Positions 36,334 to 45,152 of a stretch of 49,994 nucleotides of DNA are shown here, piece by piece. Source of the DNA: Candidatus Berkelbacteria bacterium (GTDB taxonomy: Bacteria; Patescibacteriota; UBA1384; XYA2-FULL-43-10; CAINNR01); assembly GCA_037142675.1 (NCBI GenBank), contig JBAXAF010000006.1:1-49994 (forward strand), given 5' to 3'. Positions within the stretch are counted from its first letter, which is position 1. Every line of letters starts with the position of its first letter. Both the position numbers and the translations under genes were made by a program. The notes under the pieces are model-generated. The model worked only from the letters and a program-made list of their open reading frames with translations. It searched no databases and was not told the origin of the DNA.

Positions 36334-36457
36334 AAGTTCTAAGCTCTAAGTTCTAAATCCTAAACAAATTCTAATTTTCAAATTTTCCAATATGTTAGAT
36401 ATTTGGTCATTTGGATTTTGATATCGTTTAGAAATTAGATATTTGAAATTAGGATTT
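36334..36457. repeat. AT-rich heptamer-periodic inverted-repeat element
   Basis: AAGTTCT-AAGCTCT-AAGTTCT-AAATCCT-AAACAAA ... TTTAGAAATTAGATATTTGAAATTAGGATTT. Confidence 0.75.
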
Positions 36458-36464
36458 GGTTGTC

Positions 36465-36659
36465 TTAATATCCTTGCTTAATTCGTCGTCGAACTGTTTT
36501 TCTAGTTGCAGTTTCGCGTCGCATAGTACGATTTGGTTCTTTTTCAAAATATCTATCTTTTTTGGCAATAGTCAAAATACCGCTTTGCTGGATTTCTCGG
36601 TTAAAGCGGCGAAGCAGTGACTCAAAACGTTCTTGTCCTTTGCGTTTTACTTCTATCAA
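36465..36659 (-). CDS. rpsU: 30S ribosomal protein S21
   Basis: 'EVKRK..ERFESLLRRF.R..QQSGIL...K..RYFEK'; TTG start after GTAGGTG. Confidence 0.88.
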   Translation of the reverse strand: MIEVKRKGQERFESLLRRFNREIQQSGILTIAKKDRYFEKEPNRTMRRETATRKTVRRRIKQGY

Positions 36660-36761
36660 GTGTAATCACCTACTCTCGAAGATATTTATCGGAATTAGCT
36701 CCGAAATCTGTATTCACTATACCGCAAAGCTTGTTATTTAGCAAGCTGTAGCAGCACCTTG

Positions 36762-36790
36762 TTGACATAATCGATAAAATATGATAATAT
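36762..36790 (+). promoter_or_regulatory. sigma70 promoter of cassette F
   Basis: TTGACA-17-TAATAT with extended TG. Confidence 0.65.
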
Positions 36791-36833
36791 GTTAACACAA
36801 GTTGATACACAGACAATACCAGGAGATCGTGCC

Positions 36834-37235
36834 ATGAGAAAACTTCCCGTGCTTCAGCCCCACCACATCCTCAACTTCTTGGACTTCTGGCCGGCGCGCA
36901 TTAGAGCATTGCAACTGGCCAATGTGGATCCCTAAGTGGTCCGCGTCTTGACCAACATGACCAAATCGTACTGCCTGGGCTATGAAGATGGGCGTATCCG
37001 CCCGGGCAGACTGGGCCAGTGGGACGTTTATCGCAACGCCCATAACTGGGGTTTGACCGAGGATCAGTGCATCTTGATCTCCGGTCTCCCCGCCGATGAG
37101 GTCGGCACCGAGAGCGAGAAGGCCAAGATCATCCTCACGGGGTTCGATCCCGACGACAATGACCAGGTCGAGGCCTACAGGTATATGACCTCCATGACCC
37201 TGGCCGAGGCTTACCGTAGGCTTGCGGAGGAGTAG
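36834..37235 (+). pseudogene. GC-rich orphan gene (cassette F) interrupted by one in-frame TAA at 36933-36935
   Basis: AGGAG then ATG 36834 (MRKLPVLQPHHILNF...) is in frame with ORF 36936..37235 across a single stop. Terminator at ~37266-37303. Confidence 0.6.
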
Positions 37236-37299
37236 AAACAAGCTGAGACGTTATCAGCAGCAGCCGATCGGCAATTGTGGCAACATAATTGCCGATTTT

Positions 37300-37776
37300 T
37301 TATTTCCATACAATTTTATATCTAATTTTAGGTTTACGAGTCGAAGGAAAGTTTTGATCTAAATACTTCTGCCAGTTTTCTTTCATCCACTTTTGCTCTT
37401 TACGTTCTAGATCCCCTATCCCGCGAAGTAGAAATTCACGCCGAATGACATTACCCTTGTGGGGGCTTTTGTGTTGTTGTGGCAGCGGAGAATTAAAACC
37501 ATGAGCATAGTGTGCCATTTCGTGGACAATCACCGCATCAATTACATACTCCGGGATTGCTTCATCCTTGAATAATCCGTTAATAACAATAATAGTTTTA
37601 AAGTCTTTTTTGAATCGATCGGCCAATGTTTTTGGTCGCTCTCTTTTGATACATCCGAGCTGGCGACGGCTTCTGCGACCCCAATTGATCTCGATTTGAT
37701 TCGGCGCTTCCAAATCAGCAAAATAAGTGCGGTAAATATGTTCGAACCTGTTTTCCAACCAAGTAATTGATCTCAT
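37300..37776 (-). CDS. SprT/YgjP-like zinc metalloprotease
   Basis: 'VIVHEMAHY.HG' HExxH plus 'PHKG'. Confidence 0.8.
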   Translation of the reverse strand: MRSITWLENRFEHIYRTYFADLEAPNQIEINWGRRSRRQLGCIKRERPKTLADRFKKDFKTIIVINGLFKDEAIPEYVIDAVIVHEMAHYAHGFNSPLPQQHKSPHKGNVIRREFLLRGIGDLERKEQKWMKENWQKYLDQNFPSTRKPKIRYKIVWK

Positions 37777-37806
37777 GCTTCTGATTGTACCACAAGTGAT
37801 TTACTC

Positions 37807-37835
37807 TCGACAAAACAAGCTCAACATGATATAAA
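37807..37835 (+). promoter_or_regulatory. sigma70 promoter of cassette G
   Basis: TCGACA-17-TATAAA with extended TG. Confidence 0.65.
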
Positions 37836-37918
37836 TAACTCATCCGAAAGGAATATCCCTAAGAAGCTGGGGAGAAACCAATCAGTGCTTCTCCGCCCTA
37901 GGCGGATCATCTGTACGG

Positions 37919-38719
37919 ATGGTGAGAATGATGAACAAGGTACATGGTTATGGCAGGCTGGATTATCTTGCGGCAGCCCACGATGGTCTCCCCTTCTACT
38001 ACGCCCCGGCGTCAGGAGACCAAGTGGTTTGTGCCCAGATGGTGCTCAAGCACTTGCCGCCGCCGCTCCTTCTCCACGTTTCCACTCTTAGTCGGGAAGA
38101 CTTGACGATAGAACGTGACGGTGGGGGCTACCGTATTGTCGAAGTTTCGCAGAAGTACAATGGCTGTCTGGCGAGAGAAGTTCCGGCTGCTGAGATGAGA
38201 ATTCCCGCTGAGTTTCGGTTCGCTTTGTGGGAGATGCTGAATTTGTACAAGGAACTCGGGTCCATTAGCTATCGCTATCTCGGCGATCGCCGTGAAATCC
38301 GACTGTTCCTGTCTGGCGCGAGCAGCGAGGCGATGATCGCCGAGCCGTGCAACTTTGCCCGGGTTTTCGCTGATAAGCTGGGCGCGGCAATATACAACAA
38401 CCCAGTAAGTCGTATTTTCACCGAGGTTTTTCTGCTGGCTGTGAGGCATTTGGGGTATCCGCCCGGTTCGCAGTATCACAGCAAGTTCGATCAGGTGATG
38501 CAGAACGAATCGCCTGCCAGTTATCGCTTCGATACGTTCACATCCTTGCCAGGGCTCAAATTTTGCCACGAGCCAGGCAAGTTCTGGTTCGATTGCCCTG
38601 CTGAATACCTCTCGGGCACGCGAGCAGATAAGTTCGCTGCTGCCAACGAGAAGTTGCCGCCTCTCGTCCAGGCATACGAAGGAATGAGGTGGATCATCGA
38701 TGGCAAAGTCAAGGACTGA
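37919..38719 (+). CDS. GC-rich hypothetical protein (cassette G), possibly frameshifted at both ends (intact gene ~37885..38834)
   Basis: 266 aa ORF. The RBS GGGGAG fits GTG 37885 in another frame, and an open shifted frame continues to TAG 38834. Confidence 0.6.
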   Translation: MVRMMNKVHGYGRLDYLAAAHDGLPFYYAPASGDQVVCAQMVLKHLPPPLLLHVSTLSREDLTIERDGGGYRIVEVSQKYNGCLAREVPAAEMRIPAEFRFALWEMLNLYKELGSISYRYLGDRREIRLFLSGASSEAMIAEPCNFARVFADKLGAAIYNNPVSRIFTEVFLLAVRHLGYPPGSQYHSKFDQVMQNESPASYRFDTFTSLPGLKFCHEPGKFWFDCPAEYLSGTRADKFAAANEKLPPLVQAYEGMRWIIDGKVKD

Positions 38720-38847
38720 GCAGAAGATGCGGCGAATCGCTTGCTCAGTCTGGAAGGATGAGCGACTCGCTGCGATGATCATCAAGATCAATCAGCAGAC
38801 CGCAAAGCGGCTGAAGTCTGGCCGTCTAACATAGGGAGGCAGAACCA

Positions 38848-38994
38848 ATGTCGCAGCGTAAGCGTCGCGCGCCCGACGGCAAGAGGCACTATCGGAAGAG
38901 TAAGTCGGCAACCACCGTCAAAAAGCCATTGCCCTGGTTGGGGCTGACGGTGGTTGGTCTGGCCGTTGCCCTTCTGGTCATATTGGGCCGATAA
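38848..38994 (+). CDS. 48-aa basic single-TM small protein (cassette G; below cutoff)
   Basis: AGGGAGG-N8-ATG; MSQRKRRAPDGKRHYRKSKSATTVKKPLPWLGLTVVGLAVALLVILGR*; terminator at 39015-39050. Confidence 0.65.
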   Translation: MSQRKRRAPDGKRHYRKSKSATTVKKPLPWLGLTVVGLAVALLVILGR

Positions 38995-39062
38995 TCGGCT
39001 GTGGTCAAAAGAACACCGCCCGTCCTTCACCGGATTGGCGGCTTTTTTATTCTAAATACGTC

Positions 39063-39091
39063 TTGACATACGTGCTTAATTGTGCTAGAAT
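39063..39091 (+). promoter_or_regulatory. sigma70 promoter of cassette H
   Basis: TTGACA-17-TAGAAT with extended TG. Confidence 0.8.
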
Positions 39092-39142
39092 TACGCACGT
39101 ACTGATACACAGTCTGCCCCCATTGGGGAGAGGATGATATAG

Positions 39143-39907
39143 ATGTGCCGCAGTAAGAGCCGCAAGAGCAAACAAGCCCAACCAGTTCAGCAGTTCAACC
39201 TACGTTGGATCTGGATAGTGCCGGTGCTGCTGTTGGGACTGGCTGTTATAGTGCTCAGCCGCCCGCATCGCCAACCAGTGGTTGTCCCTGCTTCAACTCC
39301 TGTTCAGGCTTCGCCTGAGGTTCAGGCTCCCTGGGACATGTCCAACGGGTTGACCGAATCTCAGCTGGCAAAACTACGGGAAAAGATCGGTGCTGTGCTG
39401 ATCGTCGGGACTGGTGATCCAGTGCTTGAGATCAGCCATCTGACTACCTGGCTCAAGTCGCAATTGGACTCCGGCAAGGCTGCAATGTCAGTGGTGCCCT
39501 TGGCCACTGGTGAAACTGTAGCCTTTACACAGATGACAGGGACGCCAAAGCTCCCGACAATCATCTTCGCTGGTCCGGTTTTGTGGCAACGAATGATGGA
39601 GCTTGCTCCTGACGACTTCAGCAATAACATACTGGAGTCTATCTGTCACGAGGCGCTTCACTTGCGGTTGACGCCTGCAACTTTGGGCGAATCACGCACC
39701 GATGCCAGCCACCGCCGGTATGTGGCCGGTGAGGCCAAGGTCTGGGCCTATCAGATCCCGAAGATTGTGCGTCCAATGATGAAAGCCGGACGGATGACCG
39801 ACATCGTCTCGCAGAAGGCGGAAACGGGCTTTGCGGCCGTTGGCAACAAGAACAACGCTGATTGGTACAAGTGGGTTGAGGCCAACCTCTGTGTCAAGTC
39901 TCAGTGA
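39143..39907 (+). CDS. Membrane-anchored HExxH zincin-like protein (cassette H)
   Basis: Basic N-terminus plus TM; 'ESICHEALH...GEAKVW'; RBS GGAGAGG; terminator at 39914-39953. Confidence 0.7.
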   Translation: MCRSKSRKSKQAQPVQQFNLRWIWIVPVLLLGLAVIVLSRPHRQPVVVPASTPVQASPEVQAPWDMSNGLTESQLAKLREKIGAVLIVGTGDPVLEISHLTTWLKSQLDSGKAAMSVVPLATGETVAFTQMTGTPKLPTIIFAGPVLWQRMMELAPDDFSNNILESICHEALHLRLTPATLGESRTDASHRRYVAGEAKVWAYQIPKIVRPMMKAGRMTDIVSQKAETGFAAVGNKNNADWYKWVEANLCVKSQ

Positions 39908-39981
39908 ATACAAGTGGGTGTTTGGCGGAGTTCGCCAGGCACCCACATTTTTATATAAATTTAGACAACGTGCTTGGGGTA

Positions 39982-40010
39982 TTGACAATATTTAAATCAT
40001 ATGCTATACT
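39982..40010 (+). promoter_or_regulatory. sigma70 promoter of the lytic transglycosylase gene
   Basis: TTGACA-17-TATACT with extended TG. Confidence 0.8.
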
Positions 40011-40016
40011 GGAGAA

Positions 40017-40240
40017 GTTGCTTTCGAAAGGGGGCGACGTTTTTAGTTCAAATTGGGCTCGTTTAGTCGATGAGCACAAAATGAGCTTATATTAATAACA
40101 ATTTCTGTGCGCAAGTAGTACCACTTCGGTGGCACGCATGCCCCTCGGAGCACAAGCTCAGTGGGGTTCGAACGCCAGAATAATGTACATGACCCTTCAA
40201 TCCTTCGACCGGCTCAGGACCGGCTTTGGCAAGGGGCGTG
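40017..40240 (+). promoter_or_regulatory. Long structured 5' leader (candidate cis-regulatory RNA)
   Basis: GAAA-capped stem 40017-40038, UUCG-capped stem 40121-40132, CATGCCCCT pairing with the SD-containing AGGGGCGTG. Confidence 0.45.
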
Positions 40241-40971
40241 CTGTTAAGATTCAAATTAACAAAGTCGCCAAAAGCCTTCAGGAGAGGATCAAATCGTACT
40301 TTCACAAATTATCAGTTGAAAACACACATTATACCAAAATGGCATCTTTTGCCCTTATTGGTGTCCTGATTCCTTTGTCTGTTTTGCCGGCTGTTGCCGA
40401 CCAAAACACACCTAGCTTTCAGAGTAATGTTGTGTTAACTAAGAGTTCCCAAGTCGTTGATGTTGCCTTAAAAACTCCGACAATTGTTCCTGGTGAGAGC
40501 CAAGATCAAATTGCCGCTAGAGTTGCTGCTGAAAATGCCGCGAAAGCGGCCGCAGCTGCGAGATCAGCTAAGACTGTTAAAACATCAGTTTCACGTGTCT
40601 ATGTTGACCCGTCAAGTTTCGATGGTATTTATCAGTCGGCTGGTGCCGCTTATGGCATTGACTGGCGAATTATTAAAGCTGTCCACTATGTTGAAACCGG
40701 ATGTTCCGGATCAACTTCTAAGAGAAACCCTTCTGGTGCGACAGGCCCAATGCAGTTTATTCCTTCCACTTGGAGACATTATGGTGTAGACGGTAACGGT
40801 GACGGAGTTGTTGACATTACTAACGTTAACGACGCAATTTATGCCGCCGCCAACTACCTTTCTGCTTCCGGTGGATCAATGAATGGATATAAGACTGCTT
40901 TGTGGTCATATAACCCATCAACCTCGTATTTTTATAAGGTTATGGATGTTGCAAAAAGTTTGGGATTCTAA
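40129..40971 (+). CDS. Exported lytic transglycosylase (SLT/MltB-like); true start probably near 40243-40249
   Basis: 'AVHYVET', 'GATGPMQFIPSTW..YGVDGNGDG..D.....DAIYAAANYL', 'ALWSYN'. Start codon uncertain. Confidence 0.88.
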   Translation: MARMPLGAQAQWGSNARIMYMTLQSFDRLRTGFGKGRAVKIQINKVAKSLQERIKSYFHKLSVENTHYTKMASFALIGVLIPLSVLPAVADQNTPSFQSNVVLTKSSQVVDVALKTPTIVPGESQDQIAARVAAENAAKAAAAARSAKTVKTSVSRVYVDPSSFDGIYQSAGAAYGIDWRIIKAVHYVETGCSGSTSKRNPSGATGPMQFIPSTWRHYGVDGNGDGVVDITNVNDAIYAAANYLSASGGSMNGYKTALWSYNPSTSYFYKVMDVAKSLGF

Positions 40972-40973
40972 AT

Positions 40974-41011
40974 AAAAAATCCCCTGAGATAATATCAAAG
41001 GGGATTTTTTT
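40974..41011. terminator. Bidirectional intrinsic terminator
   Basis: AAAAAATCCCCT...AGGGGATTTTTT between converging genes. Confidence 0.85.
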
Positions 41012-41130
41012 AATGTCTAATACTCTCAAATTGCTCTAATTAACCTAAAAAATAACTAATGTCTAAGTTTAGAAATTAAAGCATTGTGAATTATTTAGAC
41101 CAATTAGGTCAATTAGAATGAATTAGATAT
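41012..41130. repeat. AT-rich degenerate inverted-repeat element
   Basis: CTAAT units on the left; 9-nt-periodic AATTAG units (CAATTAGGT-CAATTAGAA-...AATTAGA) on the right. Confidence 0.5.
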
Positions 41131-41131
41131 T

Positions 41132-42433
41132 TTACTGTATTCCAGTATTTTGGCTAACGTCTCTAGTGGCGAGTTTGGCTTTATCACCCAACAATACCTC
41201 AATTTCTTTAATCCGATTATATTTCGATGTCCTTTCGCTCCTGCATGGTGCGCCAGATTTGATCATTCCCCCACCAGCAGCAACAGCTAGGTCAGCAATA
41301 AAGGTATCTTCGTTTTCGCCCGAGCGGTGAGATATCATAAATTTAATATTATTTTGCTTGGCAAAATTTATTGTCTCAATGGTTTCGGTCAGCGTGCCAA
41401 TTTGATTTGGCTTAATTAGAATAGATGTAGTGGCGTGCTGCGCAATTCCAGTTTTGAGCCGCTCGACATTGGTGGTATATAGATCGTCTCCAATTGTGTC
41501 CACCCGACTTCCAACCTCGGCCGTTAGTCGTTGCCAAGTGCGCCAATCATCTTCATCCAAACCATCTTCAATAGAAATTATTGGATATTTATCAATCCAG
41601 GTTTTATAAAAATCAATTAATTCATCTCCGGTAAAAGTTCTATTTTCTCGGTGCAATTGATAAACGTCTTGATAGAAAAAACGAGAAGCGGCTGGGTCGA
41701 GCGCGATGAACACTTCTTCGCCGGCGGAGTACCCGGCATTTTTGATTGCCATCATGATTAATTCCATTGCTTGTTCATTGGAAAAAAGTGAAGGAGCAAA
41801 CCCACCTTCATCACCGACGAGCGGTTGATAATTTCTTTCTAATAAAATATCTCCCAGTGCATGATAAATTTCAGTGCCAGCGCGGTATGATTCTGCAAAA
41901 TTTGGAAATTTTACTGGAACGACCATAAATTCCTGAAAGTCGGTGGAACCAACTGCATGTTTGCCACCATTTAGAATATTAAAATACGGGAGAGGTAAAA
42001 TGTAGGATTGCGCTTGACCAAAATACGGTGAGAGATAAGCGAACATCTCTATTTTTTTGCTTTTGGCCAGTGCGTCGGCAGTTGAAATTGAGACCGCCAA
42101 TGTCGCATTGCCGCCCAACTTTGATTTATTTGGTGTTCCATCGAGCTGGATCATTTTTTGGTCTACTGTACGAAAATCTTCAATTTCCATACCAATAACT
42201 GCCGGTGCTATTATATCGGTGATATTTTTAATTGCCAAAAGCACTCCCTTGCCGCCAAAACGTTTTTGGTCTTTGTCTCTAAGCTCCAGGGCTTCATATT
42301 TTCCGGTTGAGGCACCAGATGGAACAAACCCGAGGCCTACTGTCCCATCGTCCAGAGTGGTTTTAACACAAATTGTTGGGTTGCCCCTGGAATCAAGAAC
42401 TTCGAGTGGAATAATATTTTGAATCTTGGCCAT
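41132..42433 (-). CDS. eno: Enolase
   Basis: 'DSRGNPT', 'VPSGASTG', 'GDEGGFAP', 'SHRSGE'. Confidence 0.98.
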   Translation of the reverse strand: MAKIQNIIPLEVLDSRGNPTICVKTTLDDGTVGLGFVPSGASTGKYEALELRDKDQKRFGGKGVLLAIKNITDIIAPAVIGMEIEDFRTVDQKMIQLDGTPNKSKLGGNATLAVSISTADALAKSKKIEMFAYLSPYFGQAQSYILPLPYFNILNGGKHAVGSTDFQEFMVVPVKFPNFAESYRAGTEIYHALGDILLERNYQPLVGDEGGFAPSLFSNEQAMELIMMAIKNAGYSAGEEVFIALDPAASRFFYQDVYQLHRENRTFTGDELIDFYKTWIDKYPIISIEDGLDEDDWRTWQRLTAEVGSRVDTIGDDLYTTNVERLKTGIAQHATTSILIKPNQIGTLTETIETINFAKQNNIKFMISHRSGENEDTFIADLAVAAGGGMIKSGAPCRSERTSKYNRIKEIEVLLGDKAKLATRDVSQNTGIQ

Positions 42434-42451
42434 GAGACTCCTTTATTGATG

Positions 42452-43642
42452 TTATGAACTTGTATATGATAATTCCGGTGATATAACTTCTATCCAAGTA
42501 ACACCTGAATTGAAATCTATTTCGGCACTAGTTGCCTTGTTAAAAAATCTGGTTCTGGAACTTTCATTTTCTTTTTTCCAAGTTGCATCAATTTTAATTC
42601 CGTCCTGAAAAACAGCTGCTACTCCTGACCCGACTGTGTCCATAATATAGCCGTTTTCATTGATAGCAGTTACAGTTGGTTTGCGGTTAACGGTTTGAAC
42701 CACTACATTTTTAGCTGAAAGTTGTGTGCTGTTTTCAGCATCGAGGTGCGCTTTTCCAGCCAAGTTTCTTAGGTAATTATTTGTGGTCTTATCATAAGCG
42801 TAGGAAACATTGTAGTTTGCATTGCCAAAGTTTATGTTAATTGTTGTTGCAACAGCATAGGCTTCGGAAATTTGATTTGTTGTAGTTGCGGTTGGGTCAG
42901 CTGCCTCAGTAGCTGAAGCCGTATCAGTCTTAAATTTCCACGGGATAAAACTGTTGGCAGTCGTATATTTTTTATCCGCCGCAATGCCATATAGCTTTGT
43001 TGTGTCCGCATACATTGTGTGTTCAGATGAAACTTTTCTTGAATTATCTCTCCAGTAGGCCGAAGGATTAGCAAATTGGTCAAGATCGAGTATTCCAACT
43101 TTCTTAATCATGTCCAACGCGTCGTAATTTCCGCCAACATGAGCTAGGTAACCGTTTAGCTCACGAATCCAATCAACGTAGTAAGTTCTTGCGGACCGTA
43201 CTGGTCCAACTTTGGCAGCGCCACGTGGCCCATAGACTGCTAAAAATCTGGTTATGCCGCCTTCTGCAATTGCTTCGTAAACAACAGATGCCTGAGACAA
43301 CCCAGATTGTGGCCTTGCGTCAACATGATTTTCTACCATTACTCCAAGTGGGTGCTTGTTGGCGTCTTCGGAACTAACCATGGTGCCGTCTAGTGACGAG
43401 GCATAAAGCTGAGGTTTGGTTTCCGTAGTTTTTTGAACATCCAGGCCTAGTGGCAAACTGTCTTTTTTATAAATCAAGAAATAGAAGCCAGTTGCAAGCG
43501 CGGCCAGAATGAGAGCTATAATCACAATGATTGTGATGACACGATTGCGTTTAACTGACCAAAAATCTTTCAATTTTTGTTTAAATGATTTTTTGCCCTT
43601 AATTACAACTTCGTCACTGTCTTCTTTTAGGTCAAGATTCAT
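42452..43642 (-). CDS. DUF3048 domain membrane-anchored protein
   Basis: 'ENHVDARPQSGL..A.VVYE..AEGGITRF', 'GPVRSAR', 'HVGG'. Start ATG 43642 after GGAGGGG. Confidence 0.88.
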   Translation of the reverse strand: MNLDLKEDSDEVVIKGKKSFKQKLKDFWSVKRNRVITIIVIIALILAALATGFYFLIYKKDSLPLGLDVQKTTETKPQLYASSLDGTMVSSEDANKHPLGVMVENHVDARPQSGLSQASVVYEAIAEGGITRFLAVYGPRGAAKVGPVRSARTYYVDWIRELNGYLAHVGGNYDALDMIKKVGILDLDQFANPSAYWRDNSRKVSSEHTMYADTTKLYGIAADKKYTTANSFIPWKFKTDTASATEAADPTATTTNQISEAYAVATTININFGNANYNVSYAYDKTTNNYLRNLAGKAHLDAENSTQLSAKNVVVQTVNRKPTVTAINENGYIMDTVGSGVAAVFQDGIKIDATWKKENESSRTRFFNKATSAEIDFNSGVTWIEVISPELSYTSS

Positions 43643-43810
43643 AAAATCCCCTCCCGGGTAGTGAAAATTTGACAGCTTTCTCAATTATTCAGTCAAATTT
43701 CCTCTTTACTAAATTAATATAAAATTGCGTTGTTAATTAATGCGATTGTCAGAAAGCAGAATAATTAGTCAAATTTCTACTACCCGGCCTTGCTCTTTAT
43801 TATTATAGAA

Positions 43811-43890
43811 ACCACACTGATATTGACGCAGAGCGGTCACAGAAATTGTGGATCTGTGTTTTGTCTGCGTTATAAATCTGTGTTGTCTCT
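43811..43890. repeat. CACxGA/TCTGTG-type degenerate inverted-repeat element
   Basis: CACACTGA..ACGCAGA..CACAGA / TCTGTGTT..TCTGCGTT..TCTGTGTT; related copy at 48510-48640. Confidence 0.55.
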
Positions 43891-43907
43891 TTAATTATAC
43901 AACAACT

Positions 43908-45143
43908 TTAGTTGTCTTGCCAATATTTATGCTCGTGAATGTTTTCCGGTCGGTGATCTTTTTTCTCGTATGGTTGGTAACCTTTTCCGAAACCAAAATC
44001 TTTCATCATTTTAGTTGGGGCATTGCGAATATCCAATGGGACTGGGTCAAGTCGATTGTTTTTAACATCATCAAGGGCGGCTGAATAAGCGTCGTCAACT
44101 GCCCGAGATTTTGGTGCTTTGGCCAGGTATATTGTCAATTCGGCGATTGCATCATTGGCTTCGGGCATGCCCATAAATGATATTGCTTCACGCGTTGCTG
44201 CCGCCAAAATTAATGCTTGTGGATCGGCCAGCCCAATATCTTCAGACGCGGCTCTCATTAATCGCCGCAAAATATATAGTGGTTCTTCTCCAGCCTCGAG
44301 CATGCGGGCCAAGTAATGCAGTGATGCATCGATATCAGAGGCTCGCACAGATTTATGCAAAGCGGATATGGCATCAAAGTGGCCATCGGATGATTTGTCG
44401 TAGCGAATAAATTTTCCCTGGATAGCGTCTTCAGCATCGGCCAAAGTTATTTTTATCAAACCTGTCTTGTCCTTCTTGGCTGTCGAAATTGCTAGTTCCA
44501 AGGCATTGTAGGCATCTCTGGCATCACCCTCGCAAAGGCGGGCTATGTGTTTAATTGCCGCATCGTCTATTTTAACCTTGAATTTTCCGTATCCCCTATC
44601 ATTATCTTTAATGGCATTTTTAAGTATTCGAATGATATCTTCTTCAGATAGTTCACGGAGGTGAAAAACGCGAGCCCTGGACAGTAGTGGCGCATTAACC
44701 TGAAAGGATGGATTTTCCGTTGTCGCACCGATTAAAATAATTGTGCCGTCTTCAACTGCCGGCAAAAAAGCATCTTGCTGAGTTTTATTGAAGTGATGAA
44801 TTTCATCCACAAACAAAACGGTCTTTTGCTGATGGAATTTTTTCCGCGTTTTAGCTTCGTCCAAAGCTTTTCGAACGTCAGATATTCCGGAGGTGACGGC
44901 AGAAAAAGGCTGGAAGAATGATTCGGTTTTGTTGGCAATCAGCCGTGCCAATGTTGTTTTACCGGAGCCCGGAGGACCCCACAAAATCATTGAAAAAAGT
45001 TTATCTGCTTCAATTGCCCGGCGAAGTATCTTGTCTTTTCCGAGGATATGATCTTGACCGATATAATCTTTAAAATCAGCCGGCCGCATCCGGTCAGCAA
45101 GAGGAGCCCCCAGTTTTAGGTTCTCATCAAATAGATCTAGCAT
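43908..45143 (-). CDS. rarA: Replication-associated recombination protein A (RarA/MgsA)
   Basis: 'PLADRMRP', 'WGPPGSGKTT', 'GATTENPSF', 'SEDIGLADP'. Confidence 0.96.
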   Translation of the reverse strand: MLDLFDENLKLGAPLADRMRPADFKDYIGQDHILGKDKILRRAIEADKLFSMILWGPPGSGKTTLARLIANKTESFFQPFSAVTSGISDVRKALDEAKTRKKFHQQKTVLFVDEIHHFNKTQQDAFLPAVEDGTIILIGATTENPSFQVNAPLLSRARVFHLRELSEEDIIRILKNAIKDNDRGYGKFKVKIDDAAIKHIARLCEGDARDAYNALELAISTAKKDKTGLIKITLADAEDAIQGKFIRYDKSSDGHFDAISALHKSVRASDIDASLHYLARMLEAGEEPLYILRRLMRAASEDIGLADPQALILAAATREAISFMGMPEANDAIAELTIYLAKAPKSRAVDDAYSAALDDVKNNRLDPVPLDIRNAPTKMMKDFGFGKGYQPYEKKDHRPENIHEHKYWQDN

Positions 45144-45152
45144 TTTAATATA

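Noticed and set aside
36792-37241. 149-aa minus-strand ORF (also 38012-38791, 31105-31401, 31179-31577)
   Set aside because: Antisense to cassette genes whose promoter, RBS and terminator all point the other way; long shadow ORFs are expected in GC-rich DNA.
38717-38719. TGA read-through (genetic code 25/4)
   Set aside because: Core genes end in TGA with ATGA coupling (535, ybeY 35468, 47481) and conserved proteins have no internal TGA.
40029-40060. tmRNA/tRNA 5' end (GGGGGCGAC...)
   Set aside because: No matching T-arm or CCA acceptor end; the sequence pairs locally in a hairpin.
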